Origin: Promethearchaeota archaeon
GTDB taxonomy: Archaea; Asgardarchaeota; Lokiarchaeia; Sigyniarchaeales; SOKP01
DNA: 64,000 bases
Direction: 5' to 3'
Assembly: GCA_048940925.1 (NCBI GenBank)
Contig: JBHLOC010000017.1
Location: 1-64,000 of the forward strand
Shown here piece after piece: positions 47,076 to 58,312 of this stretch. The notes under the pieces were generated by a model. That model worked only from the letters and a program-made list of their open reading frames with translations, did not search any database and was not told where the DNA came from. Numbering within the stretch: position 1 is the first letter of the stretch; every line of letters starts with the position of its first letter. The position numbers and the translations under genes were made by a program.

Positions 47076-47103
47076 CTAGTTATAGTTATAACTATATAAC
47101 TAG
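47076..47103. promoter_or_regulatory. Nested palindrome, putative operator
   Basis: Perfect 16-bp palindrome TATAGTTATAACTATA (47081-47096) overlapping the inverted pair CTAGTTATA/TATAACTAG. Confidence 0.45.
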
Positions 47104-47168
47104 CTGATTCTAAGAGATATTGGAAAAATTAAGATTATATAGAATAAGTTCTATCATTTTTATAAGAA

Positions 47169-47912
47169 ATGAGTTATATTGAAAAAAAATATACTAAAAA
47201 AATTAACGAGATTTTTGATGATTTAAGAATATTAGATAGTTCTTTACTTAATCAACTAAACAAAAAATCTGTTAAGAATATTAATGAAATTGCTAAAATC
47301 TGTGCTGAGAGTAATAAAAAAATTAACCTTATTCTTAAGAAATTCTATCCTGAAATAAAGGAAATGAGTGATAAATTAAAGATTAAGGCTACTTTAAAAT
47401 TCTACTATGATTTAATTAATAAATTAACTGATTTAGTAAGAAATATGGAGAACTTTAAAAAAATCGACCAAGAATATTATAGTAAGTTAATAGAATTTGT
47501 TAACCAGAAGGAAGAACTAATTTCTGGGAAGTATAAAATGATTTGTACTCAAGAATTAACTGCGTTTTATGATAAAAATTCGAGAGAGAACTTAGAGAGA
47601 ATTTTATTAGAGAAAATTGCGAGAAAAAATGGAGAATTTTTTACTTTTGGCTCTTTAGAACAAGAGATTAAGAAAATAGCCAAAATCACAGGTGCAAATC
47701 ATATCACAATTAAATATGCAAATGAGAATTATAAAAAAGAAATGCAATCTGCAAAATCATTGATTTTATATACTATTTCTGAACATGAAAGTATTGATAA
47801 ATTAAAAAAGATTGGAATGGAAATAAAAAACTTTTTAGAATCCAAAAAATATAACGTTGTTATCAGACCGGGTTTAGTAATTACTAACGCAGAATTACTT
47901 CCCGATGAATAA
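47169..47912 (+). CDS. Hypothetical protein
   Basis: Intact 247-aa helical, Lys-rich ORF directly upstream of proS. Confidence 0.7.
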   Translation: MSYIEKKYTKKINEIFDDLRILDSSLLNQLNKKSVKNINEIAKICAESNKKINLILKKFYPEIKEMSDKLKIKATLKFYYDLINKLTDLVRNMENFKKIDQEYYSKLIEFVNQKEELISGKYKMICTQELTAFYDKNSRENLERILLEKIARKNGEFFTFGSLEQEIKKIAKITGANHITIKYANENYKKEMQSAKSLILYTISEHESIDKLKKIGMEIKNFLESKKYNVVIRPGLVITNAELLPDE

Positions 47913-47986
47913 TGAAGCTTAAAATGCTTTGTATTTCTATTTAATAAAATATTTAATTTTTGAAATATTATACATGATGATTTTAT

Positions 47987-49462
47987 ATGGTTAAAAAGAA
48001 GAAAGAAGCTCCTATAATGGGAATAGCTGTGTCAAAAGAAGAGGATTTTTCTGCATGGTATACAGAATTAATCAACAAAGCAGAGTTAGCGGATATTAGA
48101 TATAATGTTAAGGGTTTTGTTGTATATAGAGAATGGGCGACAATTACCATTAGGAAAATGTATAAAAAAACAGAAGACTTGTTGGATAAAAAGGGACATC
48201 TCCCATTAACAATGCCTTCCCTTATTCCTGAATCAAATTTTTTAATAGAGTCTCAACATGTTGAGGGATTTTCTCCTGAAGTATTTTGGGTTACAGAAGC
48301 AGGTAGTTCTGGTAAATTATCGGAACGTTTGGCATTACGCCCAACAAGTGAGACTGCTCTTTATCCTATGTATGCTTTATGGATAAGGAGTTATAAGGAT
48401 CTGCCATTTAAGAGATACCTATCTTGTCAAGTTTGGAGATATGAAGGAAAAATGACAAGACCATTCTTTAGGGGTAGAGAATTTCATTGGATTGAATCTC
48501 ATAATGTATTTGCTACAATGGAAGATGCCATGGAACAAGTCAAGGAGGATATGGAAACAACTTATCAAATTCTTCAAGATGAATGCTGTATTCCTCTCAT
48601 ATTTTTCCAAAGACCGGAATGGGATAAATTTCCAGGAGCAGTTCATACTTATGCTGCTGATGCACTGATGGGATCTGGAAAAGTTTTACAACTACCTTCA
48701 ACCCATCTATTAGGGCAAATTTTTTCAAAACCGTTTAATGTAAAGTTCATAGATACTGATGGGAAAGAAAAATATGGATATCAAACTTGTTATGGCCCTG
48801 CTCAGAGTAGAAACTATGGCGCTATGATCGCGTATTTAGGAGACGATAATGGCTTAGTCTTACCATTTGACTTAGCACCAATCCAGATTATTATTATTCC
48901 AATAATTTATAAAGGAAAAGAGAAGTTAGTGTTAAATAAAGCAGAAGAGATTTACAATCTCTTCAAAAACAAGTATATAGTCAAAATTGATGATTCCGAA
49001 GAATCAGTAGGCAATAAATTCTATTATTGGGAATTGAAAGGTGTGCCGATTAGAATTGAAGTTGGACCACAAGATTTAGAAAATCAACAGGTTATTGTTG
49101 TTAAAAGACATGATGGGAAGAGATTCGAGATAAAGGAGAAAGATTTAGAGAAAAAGATTGATGAAATTGCTCAAAATTATACAAAAGAAATAAAAGGAAA
49201 ATCTTTAATCGATTTTGAATCTCAAGTTCAAGAAGTCTATGAAAAAGATGCTGCAATTGATGCAATAAATAACGGAAAAATAGTCTGTTGCGGTTTTTGC
49301 TCAATTGATATGGATGCATATCACTGTGCTGAGGTTGTTGAAAAGGAAATTGGTGGTTTTGTGCGGGGAAAAAGAGTTGATGAGGAAAAACATGAATTTG
49401 CCACATGTTTAATATGTGGAAAGCCAGCAAGTTGCACTGTGTATATCGCTAAAAGCTATTAA
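47987..49462 (+). CDS. proS: Proline--tRNA ligase (archaeal/eukaryotic type)
   Basis: FSAWY, HVEGFSPEVFWVT, LRPTSET, RSYKDLP, REFHWIESH, HLLGQ, WELKGVPIRIEVG; C-terminal Zn domain ending AKSY. Confidence 0.97.
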   Translation: MVKKKKEAPIMGIAVSKEEDFSAWYTELINKAELADIRYNVKGFVVYREWATITIRKMYKKTEDLLDKKGHLPLTMPSLIPESNFLIESQHVEGFSPEVFWVTEAGSSGKLSERLALRPTSETALYPMYALWIRSYKDLPFKRYLSCQVWRYEGKMTRPFFRGREFHWIESHNVFATMEDAMEQVKEDMETTYQILQDECCIPLIFFQRPEWDKFPGAVHTYAADALMGSGKVLQLPSTHLLGQIFSKPFNVKFIDTDGKEKYGYQTCYGPAQSRNYGAMIAYLGDDNGLVLPFDLAPIQIIIIPIIYKGKEKLVLNKAEEIYNLFKNKYIVKIDDSEESVGNKFYYWELKGVPIRIEVGPQDLENQQVIVVKRHDGKRFEIKEKDLEKKIDEIAQNYTKEIKGKSLIDFESQVQEVYEKDAAIDAINNGKIVCCGFCSIDMDAYHCAEVVEKEIGGFVRGKRVDEEKHEFATCLICGKPASCTVYIAKSY

Positions 49463-49715
49463 ATTGCTATAAAGTGCTTTGTTGTTAATAAATTTTTAAC
49501 TTTTTCTAATTCATTAATATTTTTGATTACAATTCTCTTTCTTAAATCTATTTTTGTTTAGAAAAATATAATTAAAACTTATACCTAAATTGCAAATTTA
49601 AATGAAAAGCCTTTGGAATAATGAATATGAGCATTGATTGGCTTATTAATAATTAATATATTATGGCAATTAAGGTATTTAATTTTAAATGAATTTGTTA
49701 ATTCTGCATTGGTTT

Positions 49716-52163
49716 TCAAGTGATTTTAACATTAATGAATAATTCTTTAATATCTGATGGAGGTAATGGAACAATATTATTTTCGATTTGTTTGTTATTT
49801 ACGAATACTAATGATTTATTACCAACACCTACGCGTTCTACAGATACATTATACTTAACACCACGGAAAATACGAATTGCTTTAAAGCTCTGCCAATTTT
49901 TAGGAATTATTGGTGAAATAAATAATCCCTCATAATCAGGACGTATCCCCAGAATCCAATTCATTATTGCGATATAATTCCACGCTGCCGAACCTGTCAA
50001 CCAAGAATTTTTTGCTTCCCCATAATTTGGGGCATCCTTTCCAGCAATCATTTGCGCGTAAACATATGGCTCACATCGATGAATTTCACTAATATTCTCT
50101 CGCGCTGAAGGATTTATTCGAGTGTAATAATCATGAGCTTGATCTCCATTTCCAACAATTGTTTCAGCAATCATAATCCATGGATTTGTATGACAAAAAA
50201 TAGAACCATTTTCCTTATATCCTGGAGGATAAGAAGAAATTTCACCTAAATGCAAGTAATATCGAGAATATGCAGGTTGAAGGAGCATAATACCATGGGG
50301 GGTAGCCAATCTATTCTTCACAGACTTGAGTGCTCCCTTAACTAAATTTTCCTTTATACCAACTCCCGCAAAAATGCAAAATCCTTGTGGCTCGATAAAG
50401 ATTTGACCTTCATCACATTCATGCGAACCAACTTTGTTTCCAAAATCATCATAAGCCCGAAGAAACCATTCCCCATCCCAACCATAATTTAAAGTAATTG
50501 AAGTCATTTTTTCTGCCCAATCAAGATAATTTCTCGATTCATTAACAAATCCCTTATGTTGGAGGATTTCAGAAAATTCTTTGCTAGCAACAATAAACAA
50601 TGATGCAATAAAGATTGATTCTGCTACTTTACCTTCCTTATTTTTAGTTGTTTGGAACGAATGATCAGGACTTTCTGAAAAACAGTTAAGATTTAAGCAA
50701 TCATTCCAATCTGCTCGACCTATTAATGGTAATCCATGTGGTCCTAACCGATTATGAATGTATTCAAGACTAAGTTGAAGGTGTGTTAATAGAGATTTTT
50801 CAGTTCCAAGTTCATTTTCGAATGCTATTTGTTCGTCCAATATACTCCAGTCTCCTGTTTCTTTCAAATATGCAGCAACACTTAATACTAACCAGAGAGG
50901 ATCATCATTAAAATCGCTCCCAAGCTCATGGTTTCCCTGTTTAGTTAGTGGTTGATATTGATGGTAAGCTCCCCCTGTTTTAAGTTGTGTAGCTGCTAGA
51001 TCTAGAATTCTATTTTTAGCTTGTAAAGGGGCCAAATGTACATAGCCTAATAAATCTTGATTAGAATCACGAAATCCTATTCCTCTGTTTAATCCAGATT
51101 CAAAAAATGAAGCGGATCTTGAAAGTTGAAAAGTAATCACACATTGATAAGGATTCCAAATATTTATCATTCTATTAGTATGAATGTCAGGCGTCTCAAC
51201 TCGAAATTTATTTAATATGGTATCCCAGTAACTATTTAGAGTTTTTAAAGCATTATCGACATTTATAGGATTTTCATATTTTTTAATTATTTTCTTAACA
51301 GAACTTTTATTTATTTTCTGAGATCCCACTGGTTCAAATTTTTCTTCAATTTGATTCTCATGATACCCTAGAATAAATATAATTTGCTTTATTTCTTTAG
51401 GATTTAGGATAAATTTAACATGATGAGAACCTATTGGTGCCCAACCATGAGCTTCTGAATTAAATGATTGTCCATTTTCTACAACGATTGGGTTTTTCCA
51501 ACTTCTATATAACCCTAAGAATTTATCTCGCTGTGTGTCAAAACCTTCCAAAGGGTTTGAACAAGAAAAAAATGCAAAATGGTTTCTTCTTTCACGGTAT
51601 CCAGTCTTATGATAAATTACTCCATCTTCAACTTCAATCTCACCGATGTTCAAATTGCGCTGAAAATTGGCAGAATCATCTTTAGCATCCCACAAACAAA
51701 ATTCAATACAAGAGAAGATTGATAAATCGATAGGTTTTTTACGATAATTTTCAATTGAAAGTTGCCAAATTTCTAAGCTATCTCCTAAAGGTACTATATA
51801 GCGAATTTTAGCTTTAATTTTTTTATAAAAAGAACTAATTATAGTATATCCTAAACCATGTCTGCACTTATATTGCTCTACTTTATTTAGAGTTGGTTGC
51901 CAGGTTGGAGACCAAAATTCTTTTTTTTTATTATCTCGAATATATAAGTATCGTCCGCCAAAATCAGTAGGAACATTATTATGACGATATCGAGTTAATC
52001 TTCGCAATCGAGCATCCTTGTAAAAAGAAAATCCACCAGCAGTGTTGGAGATAATACTAAAGTATGATTCACACCCTAAATAATTAATCCATGGAAGAGG
52101 AGTATCTGGTCTTGTAATGACATATTCCTTGTTTTCATCATCAAAATATCCATATTTCAACAT
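49716..52163 (-). CDS. GH94 glycoside phosphorylase, most like cellobiose phosphorylase
   Basis: KYGYFDDENKEYVIT, PWINYLG, RRLTRYR, GFRDSNQD, ADWNDCLNLNCFS, KENGSIFCH, KNSWLTGSAAW. Confidence 0.92.
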   Translation of the reverse strand: MLKYGYFDDENKEYVITRPDTPLPWINYLGCESYFSIISNTAGGFSFYKDARLRRLTRYRHNNVPTDFGGRYLYIRDNKKKEFWSPTWQPTLNKVEQYKCRHGLGYTIISSFYKKIKAKIRYIVPLGDSLEIWQLSIENYRKKPIDLSIFSCIEFCLWDAKDDSANFQRNLNIGEIEVEDGVIYHKTGYRERRNHFAFFSCSNPLEGFDTQRDKFLGLYRSWKNPIVVENGQSFNSEAHGWAPIGSHHVKFILNPKEIKQIIFILGYHENQIEEKFEPVGSQKINKSSVKKIIKKYENPINVDNALKTLNSYWDTILNKFRVETPDIHTNRMINIWNPYQCVITFQLSRSASFFESGLNRGIGFRDSNQDLLGYVHLAPLQAKNRILDLAATQLKTGGAYHQYQPLTKQGNHELGSDFNDDPLWLVLSVAAYLKETGDWSILDEQIAFENELGTEKSLLTHLQLSLEYIHNRLGPHGLPLIGRADWNDCLNLNCFSESPDHSFQTTKNKEGKVAESIFIASLFIVASKEFSEILQHKGFVNESRNYLDWAEKMTSITLNYGWDGEWFLRAYDDFGNKVGSHECDEGQIFIEPQGFCIFAGVGIKENLVKGALKSVKNRLATPHGIMLLQPAYSRYYLHLGEISSYPPGYKENGSIFCHTNPWIMIAETIVGNGDQAHDYYTRINPSARENISEIHRCEPYVYAQMIAGKDAPNYGEAKNSWLTGSAAWNYIAIMNWILGIRPDYEGLFISPIIPKNWQSFKAIRIFRGVKYNVSVERVGVGNKSLVFVNNKQIENNIVPLPPSDIKELFINVKIT

Positions 52164-52270
52164 ATTCACCTGCCTAATGTTTAAATCAAAAAAAAATCAG
52201 AAAATTTTATTGTTTTAACTGACCTTTTTTTTTAAAGAATTATAAATTCTCATATGGACCTTCATTATCT

Positions 52271-53071
52271 TTATTCCAATTCCCATTTACGATAAATGCT
52301 TGGTACACAAGCTAATAAATTTTGACTGTATGGATGTTCAGGGTTGAGAAAAACGTCTTTTGTTAAACCTTGTTCCACAATATTACCTTCTTTCATAACT
52401 ATTACTCGATCTGATACATATTGCGCTTGTCCTATATCATGTGTAATAAAGATTACTGATATCCCTTCTGTATGAGTTGTCCCCTCTTTTAATTCTTTAA
52501 AAAGGTTTAAAATATCTGCTCGAGAGCTCGAATCAATCATACTTGTTGGTTCATCTGCAATTATTAATTTAGGTTTAAATAATAATGCCCTTGCAATTAA
52601 AACACGCTGTAGTTGACCTCCCGAAATCTGATGTGGAAATCTTCCAAAAATATCGTCTGTGTTAAGTCCCACAATACTTAATGAAGTTTCAAGAGCTTTT
52701 CTTTTATTGGTAATATCCTTTAGAGTATATTTAAAAGCTTGATTTAACATATGATCAATTCTATAAAAATAATTAAAAGAACTATAAGGGTCTTGAAAGA
52801 TCCCTTGAACATTTTTATAATAATCTTTTGTTGGGATATCATGGATTTCTTTCTCTTCATAATATATATCTCCTTCAGTTGGTTGAATAAATCTTAAAAT
52901 TAAATTAGCAATAGTTGATTTTCCACTTCCACTTTCACCAACAAGAGAGAGAATTTCTCCAGGATATAACTTAAATGAAATATTTTTAACTCCTATTGTT
53001 TCCTTGGATTTTAAAAGACCAGAGGTATATACCTTTGTAAGATTTCGAATATTTAATGTTTCATTCTTCAT
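52271..53071 (-). CDS. Opp/Dpp-family ABC transporter ATP-binding subunit (OppF-like)
   Basis: GESGSGKST, FQDPYSS, ISGGQLQR, ADEPTSM, ITHD, PEHPYSQNL. Confidence 0.95.
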   Translation of the reverse strand: MKNETLNIRNLTKVYTSGLLKSKETIGVKNISFKLYPGEILSLVGESGSGKSTIANLILRFIQPTEGDIYYEEKEIHDIPTKDYYKNVQGIFQDPYSSFNYFYRIDHMLNQAFKYTLKDITNKRKALETSLSIVGLNTDDIFGRFPHQISGGQLQRVLIARALLFKPKLIIADEPTSMIDSSSRADILNLFKELKEGTTHTEGISVIFITHDIGQAQYVSDRVIVMKEGNIVEQGLTKDVFLNPEHPYSQNLLACVPSIYRKWELE

Positions 53072-53073
53072 TT

Positions 53074-54072
53074 TTAATTACCACCCTCCTCTGGTAACCA
53101 ACAAGCTACTGGATTTTTATTTTTTCCTGAAAAGAAAAATGGGGGATAGTTATCCTTGCATTTTTCCAATTTATATGGACACCGTGGATAAAATCTGCAA
53201 CCTTTAGGGGGACGCTTCAAATCTGGAGGTCTTCCTGGAATTCCCTCTAATTTTGTTTCGGCAGATCCATCTGGGTTAAAACACGCAATTGAATTTATCA
53301 ACATTTTAGTATATGGATGTTGAGGATAATTAATAATATCGTCCATACTTGCCTGTTCGACAATTTTACCAGCATACATTATTATGCATGTATTGCAGAT
53401 TTGAGCTAAGGTGGGAAGATCATGAGAAATAAATAATATCGTCTCAACTATTCCTATTTCCTTTAGATTTTTTAATGTTTTTATCAAAAGTTGTTGAGTA
53501 GTGACATCTAATGCACTTGTTGGTTCGTCTACAATCAAAATAATTGGATTCCATAGAGAAGATATTCCTACAACGACACGTTGCTTCATCCCTCCACTAA
53601 GTTCATGTGGATATTTATCTATAACTGATTTTTCTAAACCTAATTTTTTAAAGTGTTCGATTACTCGGTGTAAGACTTTTTCTTTATTTTTAGGTTTTGT
53701 CCCTACGCGTTCCCTCATTGCATCTATTATAAAATCTTTAATCTTTTTAACTGGGTTTAATGAATTCAGGGAAGCTTGAGGCACATATCCAATCACTTTA
53801 CAGAGTATTTCTTTTCTTATAACTTCCTCATCTAATTCATACATTGACATATCATTAACATAAACTTGTCCTCCTTCATGTTGCAGCATCTGTATTGGTG
53901 TTCCTGTTATTAGCTCTGCTAGAGATGTTTTTCCGCAGCCAGATTCACCTGCTATTGCAACAATATCTCCTTTTTTAACAGATAAAGATACACCATCAAC
54001 AGCATGAACAATTCCAAATGATCCTCTATAATAACCTTTAAGATCTTGTATCTTAATTACTTCTTGAGTCAT
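53074..54072 (-). CDS. Opp/Dpp-family ABC transporter ATP-binding subunit (OppD-like)
   Basis: GESGCGKT, YPHELSGGMKQR, DEPTSALD, HPYT, GCRFYPRC. Confidence 0.95.
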   Translation of the reverse strand: MTQEVIKIQDLKGYYRGSFGIVHAVDGVSLSVKKGDIVAIAGESGCGKTSLAELITGTPIQMLQHEGGQVYVNDMSMYELDEEVIRKEILCKVIGYVPQASLNSLNPVKKIKDFIIDAMRERVGTKPKNKEKVLHRVIEHFKKLGLEKSVIDKYPHELSGGMKQRVVVGISSLWNPIILIVDEPTSALDVTTQQLLIKTLKNLKEIGIVETILFISHDLPTLAQICNTCIIMYAGKIVEQASMDDIINYPQHPYTKMLINSIACFNPDGSAETKLEGIPGRPPDLKRPPKGCRFYPRCPYKLEKCKDNYPPFFFSGKNKNPVACWLPEEGGN

Positions 54073-54100
54073 ATTTAAATTTCTTACTCTTTTTAATATT

Positions 54101-55021
54101 TTATTTTGTTCTTTGTTCGAATGTTCTACTTAGACTAGATTGTACAACAAAAAATGATAGATATATTAATATCAAGCAAATTCCGGGAGGTATCCATAGC
54201 CAATAACTAAATGAAGTTATCCAAGCAAAATCTACTGCATGATTTAATAATAAACCTAATGTTAACCAATTTTGTTGTCCCAAGCCAATCATAGCTATTC
54301 CTGCTTCAATTATAATTGCATTACCTAAAAAAATAATAAAGGCTAAGAGAACATATGGTAACACATTAGGTAAAACTTCAGTGAAAGCTATTCTCATATC
54401 TTTTAAGGCTGACATTTTTGAAACTTTTATAAAATTTCTTTCTTTTAATGTTAATACTTGAGATCTAATAGAACGTGCAGCCCAAGGCCAAGTGAATAAT
54501 GCAATAACTAACATCGTTATCCACCATTCACGAATTTCTAAAATGGCTGACATTAATAAGATGAAAGGTATCTGGGGAAAAACTAAAGCAATATTCGTCA
54601 TAAAGGAAGCAATAGCATCTACAACTCCTCCTTTAAAGGGCCCAACTATACCTAGAAACACAGCTATACCAGTACAAATCCCACCAGTAACTAACCCAAA
54701 TGCTAAAGAATTTCTAACAGCATGTAAAAGACGAGTTAACTGATCCCTTCCAGCTTGATCAGTACCTAACAAATGTTTAAGTGAAGGTTTAGCGTAATTA
54801 TCTAATGAAACATCGCGTATTACCCAATATCGTTTTTCAGGATCATTAAAGGGGGGTATTAATGTTAAAATTACAATTATGAGTACTACAATAAAAAAAA
54901 CTAACATCAAAATAATTTGCCGTTTATATCGATCCATTGCGGCATGAAATTTTTCTTTGATGATCTCCTTTGTACTTATTATTTCTTTTAATTCTTCCCA
55001 ATTATTTATTTCTTTCGCCAT
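54101..55021 (-). CDS. Opp/Dpp-family ABC permease (OppC-like)
   Basis: HLLGTDQAGRD, WPWAARSIRSQVL, EVLPN. Confidence 0.93.
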   Translation of the reverse strand: MAKEINNWEELKEIISTKEIIKEKFHAAMDRYKRQIILMLVFFIVVLIIVILTLIPPFNDPEKRYWVIRDVSLDNYAKPSLKHLLGTDQAGRDQLTRLLHAVRNSLAFGLVTGGICTGIAVFLGIVGPFKGGVVDAIASFMTNIALVFPQIPFILLMSAILEIREWWITMLVIALFTWPWAARSIRSQVLTLKERNFIKVSKMSALKDMRIAFTEVLPNVLPYVLLAFIIFLGNAIIIEAGIAMIGLGQQNWLTLGLLLNHAVDFAWITSFSYWLWIPPGICLILIYLSFFVVQSSLSRTFEQRTK

Positions 55022-55023
55022 AT

Positions 55024-56121
55024 TTATGCTTCTCCTTTACCTCCCACTCGTATTCTTGGATCAAGAAGTCCATAACTCAAATCTATAAGATAATTCCCCA
55101 CAACTACAACTAAAATAGTTACTATAAAAGTTCCAATAATCAATGAATAATCCAGCGCTTGAAAAGCTCGAAGCATTGTATATCCTAAACCAGGAAATCT
55201 AAAGATTACTTCTGTAATCAAGGTTGCTCCAATAAGCCCATTAAATCGTAAATTTAATCCAGTAAATTGGGGCAATATACTATTACGATATGCATATTTA
55301 CGTAATGTACTGTCCCTAAATCCTAATTTTTTTCCATATGATATATAATCCTCAGCTTTTTCATAAGCCATAAGTGCATATGCTCCAGTTGCCCACCCTC
55401 CAATGTTTGTGACAAGTAAAACAATAAAAGGTAGCCAATAATGGTCAAATATTGTAGAGATTGTACCCCAATCCCATGCCCAATTAGGTACAGATTCTCC
55501 CCAAGGGAACCAGTCTAATTGAAGAACAAATATATCCAATAATACATAACCCATCCAAAAAAATGGTGCTACTTGTAAAATCACGAAAATATAATAGACT
55601 ACTTTATCTTTTTTACTTTGGTTATACCCAGTACGGGCACCAATCCAATTTCCAATGAAGAAAGAAAGTACTAAAACTGGAACAACTAACATCAAAGTAT
55701 AGGGAAGTGCCATTAAAACTATATTTACTACAGGTTCAAAGCTTTTCGTCGTAGATACCCCTAAATCAAAGTTAAAAAAGAAACTTTTTAAGAAATTAAG
55801 GTATTGAACATGCAAAGGATAATTTAATCCTAAATATTCTTCCAAGCCCTTTATAAGTTCTCGCCATGCTTCTGGATCGGTTCCCGGTGGTCTTTGATAA
55901 ATATATTCTAAAGGATTTCCTGGTACCAGTCTTGGTATTAGAAAAGCCATTGAGATTGCTATGAAAAATACAACAAAATAGAAAATTCCTCTTTTAATTG
56001 CCATATGTAGAAGGGAATTTGAAGTGATTTTTTTAATAATACTCTTTTCACTTGATTTTGAGAGTGTTTCTTGTTTTTCAAGTTCCTTTTTCTCTATTAT
56101 ATCCATTTCTGTTGTTTTCAT
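55024..56121 (-). CDS. Opp/Dpp-family ABC permease (OppB-like)
   Basis: PRLVPGNP, LHVQY, DLGVS, YAYRNSILP, EVIFRFPGLG, LDPRIR. Confidence 0.93.
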   Translation of the reverse strand: MKTTEMDIIEKKELEKQETLSKSSEKSIIKKITSNSLLHMAIKRGIFYFVVFFIAISMAFLIPRLVPGNPLEYIYQRPPGTDPEAWRELIKGLEEYLGLNYPLHVQYLNFLKSFFFNFDLGVSTTKSFEPVVNIVLMALPYTLMLVVPVLVLSFFIGNWIGARTGYNQSKKDKVVYYIFVILQVAPFFWMGYVLLDIFVLQLDWFPWGESVPNWAWDWGTISTIFDHYWLPFIVLLVTNIGGWATGAYALMAYEKAEDYISYGKKLGFRDSTLRKYAYRNSILPQFTGLNLRFNGLIGATLITEVIFRFPGLGYTMLRAFQALDYSLIIGTFIVTILVVVVGNYLIDLSYGLLDPRIRVGGKGEA

Positions 56122-56197
56122 TTTAGTATCATTAATAAAGAAAGTTGTATATCTTTTATGATTACCTTAATGATTTAAAAATTCAATCGTTATAATT

Positions 56198-56213
56198 AAA
56201 AAAAAAAAAAAAA
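56198..56213 (-). terminator. T16 tract after the substrate-binding gene (intercistronic terminator/attenuator)
   Basis: 16 consecutive A on +, about 35 nt after the SBP stop and before the permease genes. Confidence 0.5.
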
Positions 56214-56247
56214 GTTAGTTTATTTTTGAAATTACATGCAGATATAT

Positions 56248-58206
56248 TTATTCCCTCTTTCTTTTTAATCTAAAAACTGTAACTGCTGCTATAGAAATGA
56301 TCCCAATCAATATAAAGAGTTCTAAACCAAACCATGGAATCACTCCCTTAGAAGGGAGTTTTCTGCCTGTGGATTCCAAGTTCAACAATAACCTTGTTTT
56401 AATTGCAAATTGATCATTTGTCCAAGTTGTACAAATTTGTTGGAAATTATTCTTGGCATTAGTCCAGCCATCCCAAAGGAATCCATTGTAAGCATACCAG
56501 TAGCCATTAACAAAGCCAGGAATTTCTGGAACTTCTTGAGCTAAAATTTCTTGCATACGATTCAGATTTGCCTTATAAACTGTTTCATTTGCACTTTCAA
56601 GGGTCTGCCATAAAGCTTCAAATTCTTTATTCTGCCAATTAGTTGCATTTTTATTCCATAGGTGTACTCCTCTCATATAATCAAGAAATCTTTGAGGAGG
56701 ATCTGATATTCGGTTTCCAACACAAAATAGAGCGAAGTCAAAGTCATTATCTGCTATCTTAGGTTGAAAAACTTTTTCATAATCAACTTGTGTGGCTTCA
56801 ATCTCAATTCCCAAGTTTTCTTTAATATCTGCACAAACCATCTCCGTATATGACACAACATCACTCCAACCAGTAGGAACGATTGCTTCGTAGGGTCCAA
56901 CTTTTTTATCGTTATATTTCCAGCCGTCATCTTCATTACCTGTCATACCAGTTATGTTTTTTAATATTGCTATAGCTTTATCAACATCCAAAGATTTTTC
57001 ATATTTTTCAGTAACAGATGCATTATAATATGGTTTATGTAATGCGCTATTATCATCAATATATCCCGGTTTCGATGTTGTCCAGTATCCAGAAGCAGCT
57101 GCATCAGGAATAGGTTCATAATTAATAGCATATGATAAAGCTTCTCTGAATTCTTTTACTCCTAATGGTGAATCTTTAAGAAGATGATTCGGGGCAAGAG
57201 TTATAAGTGTACTCGCAGCTAATTGGTAAGGTTCTTCATGACCATACCAACAACTAATATATGATTTGACAGATCCCTCTTTAGCTCCTTCCCAAATATC
57301 CCAGATATGATGATAATAACCAGCATATAAATCAATATTTCCTTTGATAAAGGCGAGATCTTGTTCGGTATTAGTAGCAAATCTAACACCTCCGATATAT
57401 TTTGGAGGTTCCTTATCTGCGTTAGGGATATCTTGGTATAGCACTCCTGCTCCCCACCAGTCCTCTCTATACTGATATGCACATGTTGATTCTGATGCAT
57501 CTCTGTAAACAGGAGCATAAGGACCAGAAATCACTTTCCATTTGTCAGGAACATCTTCTGAATCAAACCAATCATATTGATAGGTTCCTAAATCCATAGT
57601 ATCCTTCTCTTCCACAATTTCAGTCCATACATCTTTAGGTACAATTGGAATATTATACTCAATCCAAATTTCAACCTGTCTACTATGGTTATAACCTGCT
57701 GTTGTGTTAATATCAAATCGCACAGTATCCTTATCTACTTTAGTAAAGTTGGTGAATCTCGCTGAAAAATCCTTTGTATATCTAGCTTGTGCTTGAGCAA
57801 GTTCATAACTATAAACTACATCATCAGCATCAATAGTTTCACCATTAGACCATTTAGCCTTAGAATTTAAGTCTATAGTAATACTATCACCAGTTTTACT
57901 CCATGAATAGTTAGTACCTATACATGGGATGAGTTTTCCTTTTTCACTATTATAACCAAATAAAGATTCATACATTAATTCTGAACCTGGTGGTAAATTA
58001 GTACTCCATGGGAGAAATTGAGTTGGAGAATCATAACTTCCTGTCATCCATACAGTTTCCTCTCGAGGAGGTTCTTTTGTAAGAATTGCGGGAAGTTCTG
58101 TATTAGCAGGTTTCACTCGCGCTTGGGTTATAGGGATCATAGTTATTGCCATCAAAAACAATAACCCAAATAATATTGTTATTGGTAATGTTTTGCCAAA
58201 TCTCAT
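56248..58206 (-). CDS. Family-5 ABC substrate-binding protein (probably oligosaccharide) with C-terminal Loki-CTERM-like anchor
   Basis: YESLF, KWSNGETIDADDVVYS, SGPY, FREALSYAIN, VPTGWSD, QEILAQEVPEIP; ends IPWFG, TM helix, RLKRKRE. Confidence 0.92.
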   Translation of the reverse strand: MRFGKTLPITILFGLLFLMAITMIPITQARVKPANTELPAILTKEPPREETVWMTGSYDSPTQFLPWSTNLPPGSELMYESLFGYNSEKGKLIPCIGTNYSWSKTGDSITIDLNSKAKWSNGETIDADDVVYSYELAQAQARYTKDFSARFTNFTKVDKDTVRFDINTTAGYNHSRQVEIWIEYNIPIVPKDVWTEIVEEKDTMDLGTYQYDWFDSEDVPDKWKVISGPYAPVYRDASESTCAYQYREDWWGAGVLYQDIPNADKEPPKYIGGVRFATNTEQDLAFIKGNIDLYAGYYHHIWDIWEGAKEGSVKSYISCWYGHEEPYQLAASTLITLAPNHLLKDSPLGVKEFREALSYAINYEPIPDAAASGYWTTSKPGYIDDNSALHKPYYNASVTEKYEKSLDVDKAIAILKNITGMTGNEDDGWKYNDKKVGPYEAIVPTGWSDVVSYTEMVCADIKENLGIEIEATQVDYEKVFQPKIADNDFDFALFCVGNRISDPPQRFLDYMRGVHLWNKNATNWQNKEFEALWQTLESANETVYKANLNRMQEILAQEVPEIPGFVNGYWYAYNGFLWDGWTNAKNNFQQICTTWTNDQFAIKTRLLLNLESTGRKLPSKGVIPWFGLELFILIGIISIAAVTVFRLKRKRE

Positions 58207-58312
58207 TTTTTATTTCCCAAATTACTTTTTTTTAAATTGGATTTTCAATATAGATTTTAGTGAAAAAATATGTTTATTTTTAAACACTTCATTTTTTCAA
58301 TTTTTTTTTTTA

